Shown here in pieces: positions 61,126 through 64,000 of a DNA stretch of 64,000 bases. Under the pieces are notes generated by a model that saw only the letters and a list, made by a program, of their open reading frames with translations, made no database searches and had not been told where the DNA came from. Both the position numbers and the translations under genes were made by a program. The DNA comes from Pseudomonadota bacterium (GTDB taxonomy: Bacteria > Myxococcota > JACRCW01 > JAFGSX01): assembly GCA_043821645.1 (NCBI GenBank), contig JBDRCO010000003.1, positions 96,001 to 160,000 on the forward strand, in the 5' to 3' direction. Numbering within the stretch: position 1 is the stretch's first letter; each line of letters starts with the position of its first letter.

Positions 61126-62421
61126 TCAGTTCACCGTGGTGAATTTGAGAGGGATCTCGATGTCCATGGGATCGCCAGTGAACTGTGGGAACTGCCAGAT
61201 GCGTGCCTTGTTGACGAGACACTTGCCCAGGGGCGACTGCTTGTGCTCGGTGTCGTCGATGCGCGCAGCGGTGACCTTGCCGTAGCCCACCACCGTGACG
61301 ACGAGATTGAGCTTCGGGGGCAGCTTGAGACCCCGCTTGGTCTCCTGGGTCGCGCAGTACTGGATTCCACCCTGGTTCTCGCCCACGACCTTGCCGATCT
61401 GCTTCTCGGTGAGGCCACCCTCGGTGCGGGTGGGCATGCGAATATCCGGCAGACTCGGGTTGATCTGGATCTGGGTGGGAACCTTGTCATCGCGCTTCAT
61501 CAGGTCCGCCATCATGGCCGCTTGCTCCGCGGAGAGATCCACCGCGGTGCTTCCGGTCTGCTCACGGCGCACCAAGTCGTCCATGGTGACGCCGGAACCG
61601 GAGACCTGATCGCTGAGGTCGATGTCCAAGCCTTTTTGCTTGGCGCGGGTTCGCGCCACCTTGCGGATCCGCTGGGCCTCGACCTGGTTCCCGGTGAGCA
61701 GGGCCTTGCGGATGGCCTCGCGCTCCTCGTCGGTGAGCACGCTCACCCACGGTTGCTTGGCCGGCCTGGACTCCACGCCCACGGCCTGCTTGGCAGCCAC
61801 CACGGCGGTGTGGACGACAGGAATGACGATGATGCCAAGGGCATCGAGGGTCAGCAGACCGGCGACCGCAACAAACACCAGGATGGCCACCATGGCGTAC
61901 AGACGATGCTTGGCCGCACGGTGGGCCATGCCTGCCTGCTCGATGGCCATGCGCGTGCTGTCGGGTGGTGCGTCGAGGTCCGGTGTCGAAACCTCCGCCA
62001 GGGGCGAGACCTGGGGCGGGGCTGCCTGCAGCGCCGAGGCGTCCGCCGCGACCGAATCGAGATCCGCGTTCATCGAGACGACATGACCCTCGCCCCTGAC
62101 CTCCGGGGGGAGATCGGCCAGGGACAGGGAGAGGGTGCCCTTGCGCATGGCCTCGAGAGAGGGATCCGCTGCCGTGTCGGAGAATGGCAGAGCCTTCGCT
62201 GCCGGCCCCGGGGCTGTCGCGGGCGCGGGCGCACTGGGAAAGACCGGTGGCGGAGGAGCCGGACTCGCCTCGGCAGGCGCAGCCTCCTCGCTGCTCAGCA
62301 GGCTCCCGTCGACGGTGTTGATGTGTTCGCAGCGACGGCAGCGGATCTTGAGGATCTTGCCGGCGACCCTGTCGTCAGGCAGGTTGTAGGTGGTCCCGCA
62401 GCTCTCGCACGAAAACTTCAT
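61126..62421 (-). CDS. Zinc-ribbon / TM / AgmX-PglI C-terminal protein (GltJ-like)
   Basis: CESC..IRCRRC, Pro-rich linker, TM, IQYC..LGKCL..WQFP..IEIPLKF. Confidence 0.78.
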   Translation of the reverse strand: MKFSCESCGTTYNLPDDRVAGKILKIRCRRCEHINTVDGSLLSSEEAAPAEASPAPPPPVFPSAPAPATAPGPAAKALPFSDTAADPSLEAMRKGTLSLSLADLPPEVRGEGHVVSMNADLDSVAADASALQAAPPQVSPLAEVSTPDLDAPPDSTRMAIEQAGMAHRAAKHRLYAMVAILVFVAVAGLLTLDALGIIVIPVVHTAVVAAKQAVGVESRPAKQPWVSVLTDEEREAIRKALLTGNQVEAQRIRKVARTRAKQKGLDIDLSDQVSGSGVTMDDLVRREQTGSTAVDLSAEQAAMMADLMKRDDKVPTQIQINPSLPDIRMPTRTEGGLTEKQIGKVVGENQGGIQYCATQETKRGLKLPPKLNLVVTVVGYGKVTAARIDDTEHKQSPLGKCLVNKARIWQFPQFTGDPMDIEIPLKFTTVN

Positions 62422-62755
62422 GAACTGGCTCACTCACAGAGGGGGCTCGGCAGCCCCGGGTTTCTCGAGGGGGGCCAGAGGCGCCCCCTGTGCGCTGGCG
62501 TTTCGGTGAGCGTCACCCCGGAAGTGCATTCTGGGGGCCTCGCTCACCGGGGCTCACCCTGGCAGCGTGGCCGCATCACCACGTCGCTGCACGGCAGGTG
62601 CACCCCCTGTCTCTGCTCTCCTTGTAGCGTGGAGTGCTCGCGAAGTCACCTGTCACCCGGCCGGGGTGCGCTGCAGGATGGCAAGCGGTGGGGGGTTCGC
62701 TATACTGCGGCCGCCCGTGGACCAGGAGTTCTGTCCACGGGTGGAGGCACGCCAC

Positions 62756-63169
62756 ATGACCCAGCGGACGCTCCGGATCGTCGTCGCCAAGGTTGGCCTC
62801 GACGGTCACGACCGAGGCGCCAAAGTCGTGGCCCGCGCGCTGCGAGACGCGGGCTTCGAGGTCATCTACACCGGGCTCCACCAGACCCCCGAGATGGTGG
62901 TCGAGACCGCGATCCAGGAGGATGCCGATGCCATAGGCATCTCGTTAATGAGCGGCGCTCACATGACGCTCATGCCGCGCGTGGTGGCTCTGCTCCGCGA
63001 GCGCGACGCTTCTGATATCGTGGTGTTTGGCGGGGGGATCATCCCGGACGACGACGTGAGTGCGCTCAAGAGCGCGGGCATCGCCGCTCTGTTTACGCCA
63101 GGTACGTCGGTGAGCACCATCGTGGACTGGATTCACTCGAGTGTGGTGGCGCGCGTGCCCGTGCGCTGA
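62756..63169 (+). CDS. Cobalamin-binding domain protein (methylmalonyl-CoA mutase small-subunit type)
   Basis: AKVGLDGHDRGAKVV, YTGLHQTPE, SGAH, GGGIIP, FTPG; TATACT at 62701, GGAGG RBS. Confidence 0.92.
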   Translation: MTQRTLRIVVAKVGLDGHDRGAKVVARALRDAGFEVIYTGLHQTPEMVVETAIQEDADAIGISLMSGAHMTLMPRVVALLRERDASDIVVFGGGIIPDDDVSALKSAGIAALFTPGTSVSTIVDWIHSSVVARVPVR

Positions 63170-63206
63170 CCACGGAACGAGATGGTCCCGACCGTGGCGA
63201 GGGGAC

Positions 63207-64000
63207 ATGGCATTCATCGGTGAGCTATTCGTCGGGGCGGGGCTGATCACCCAAGAGCAGTTGCAGGAGGCCCTGCGGGCGAAGGCCGTGTACGGTGGGC
63301 GTCTCGGAACGAACCTGGTCGAACTGGGGTTCGTCAACGACGCGACCCTGCACAGTTTTCTATCGAAGCAGCTCGGTGTTCCCGCCATGGAACTGCACAC
63401 CCAGCCCGAGCCAGAGGCCCTGAGCCGCCTCTCGCCCGGGCTGTGCGATCGCCTGAACGTCCTCCCGCTGCGGATGGTCGAAGGGATGCTCGAAGTGGCA
63501 TCCATCGACCCGCTGGATCCCGCTCTGCTCAACGCCGTTCAGGAAGAGGCGGGCTGCCCCGTGCGCATGGTGGTGGCGGCCGAGGGACGACTGTTCGCGC
63601 TGATGCGCGCATTCCTGGGAATTGCACGTCCCCTTCGCTATGCCGTGGTCGAGGTGGAGGCCCTGCGCGCCGGGCACCACGCGCTGCAGGCTGCCTCACT
63701 GCGAAGCATCCTGCGCGATGAGGCCTTCGATACCGGTGATGACGAGGCCGAGGAGTTGCTGCTTCTCGATGTCGTCGAGGACGCACCGCTGGACGAGAGC
63801 CTGGTGCCACCCCCCGTCGAGGGTCTCGATGCGCCAGGCTTCACGCCGGACGATTTCGACTTCGAGATCCGGACCCAGGAGATCACTTTTCAGGAGGCAC
63901 CAGCTCCGATGGTGACACCGGAGGTGAGAGCCGCCCACGCGGCGCTGGGTGAGTCCCTTCGACCGCTGGCCTTCGAGGAAGCTCTGGGTTTGCTGGAAAA
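63207..64000 (+). CDS. GspE/PilB N-terminal (MshEN-like) domain protein, runs off the window
   Basis: Absent from the ORF track; translates MAFIGELFVGAGLITQEQLQEALRAKAVYGGRLGTNLVELGFV..LSKQLGVP. Confidence 0.8.
   Translation, partial: MAFIGELFVGAGLITQEQLQEALRAKAVYGGRLGTNLVELGFVNDATLHSFLSKQLGVPAMELHTQPEPEALSRLSPGLCDRLNVLPLRMVEGMLEVASIDPLDPALLNAVQEEAGCPVRMVVAAEGRLFALMRAFLGIARPLRYAVVEVEALRAGHHALQAASLRSILRDEAFDTGDDEAEELLLLDVVEDAPLDESLVPPPVEGLDAPGFTPDDFDFEIRTQEITFQEAPAPMVTPEVRAAHAALGESLRPLAFEEALGLLE

Noticed and set aside
62434-62755. Cobalamin riboswitch before the B12-binding gene
   Set aside because: No B12-box-like core recognised, and the leader after TATACT is only about 45 nt.
62756-63169. 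B12-binding protein as the CarH regulator
   Set aside because: No MerR HTH; sequence is mutase small-subunit type (DGHDRG).

Overview
GC-rich bacterial chromosome segment that looks like Myxococcota (two MYXO-CTERM-like sorting tails, an AgmX/GltJ-like protein, DUF4388, a large Ser/Thr kinase, FHA-GGDEF). No rRNA, tRNA, CRISPR array or mobile element was recognised. 0.8-15.8 kb: split carotenoid cluster (crtD-crtC-GT21 on +; crtE-crtI-crtB-CruA-type cyclase-acyltransferase on -; a divergent GT1). crtC appears to be overprinted on the last 349 nt of crtD, and a CarH/CarA-like repeat lies upstream of crtE. 15.9-36.3 kb (mostly - strand): transglutaminase-elicitor-like protein, Mce/Mla operon with a candidate outer-membrane partner, APC-Usp permease, a DsbA/FrnE-like probable selenoprotein (in-frame TGA in UPYC plus SECIS-like hairpin), lipoprotein serpin, a lethal-factor-like HExxH protein followed by a small lipoprotein (toxin-immunity-like), ettA, and two large unknown proteins. 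Four large proteins here lack signal peptides and have Ser/Thr/Pro-rich leaders or linkers; two of their loci share a 20-nt upstream motif, suggesting a co-regulated set of secreted effectors. 36.5-64 kb: mostly housekeeping and signalling genes (SDR, mdh, fetAB-like, frameshifted DAACS symporter, degenerate FHA-GGDEF, split 5'-nucleotidase, VKOR-DsbA, M36/M4-like peptidase, kinase, trmL, spermidine-synthase-like fusion, B12-binding domain, partial MshEN-type gene). All family assignments come from motifs read by eye; no database search was run.
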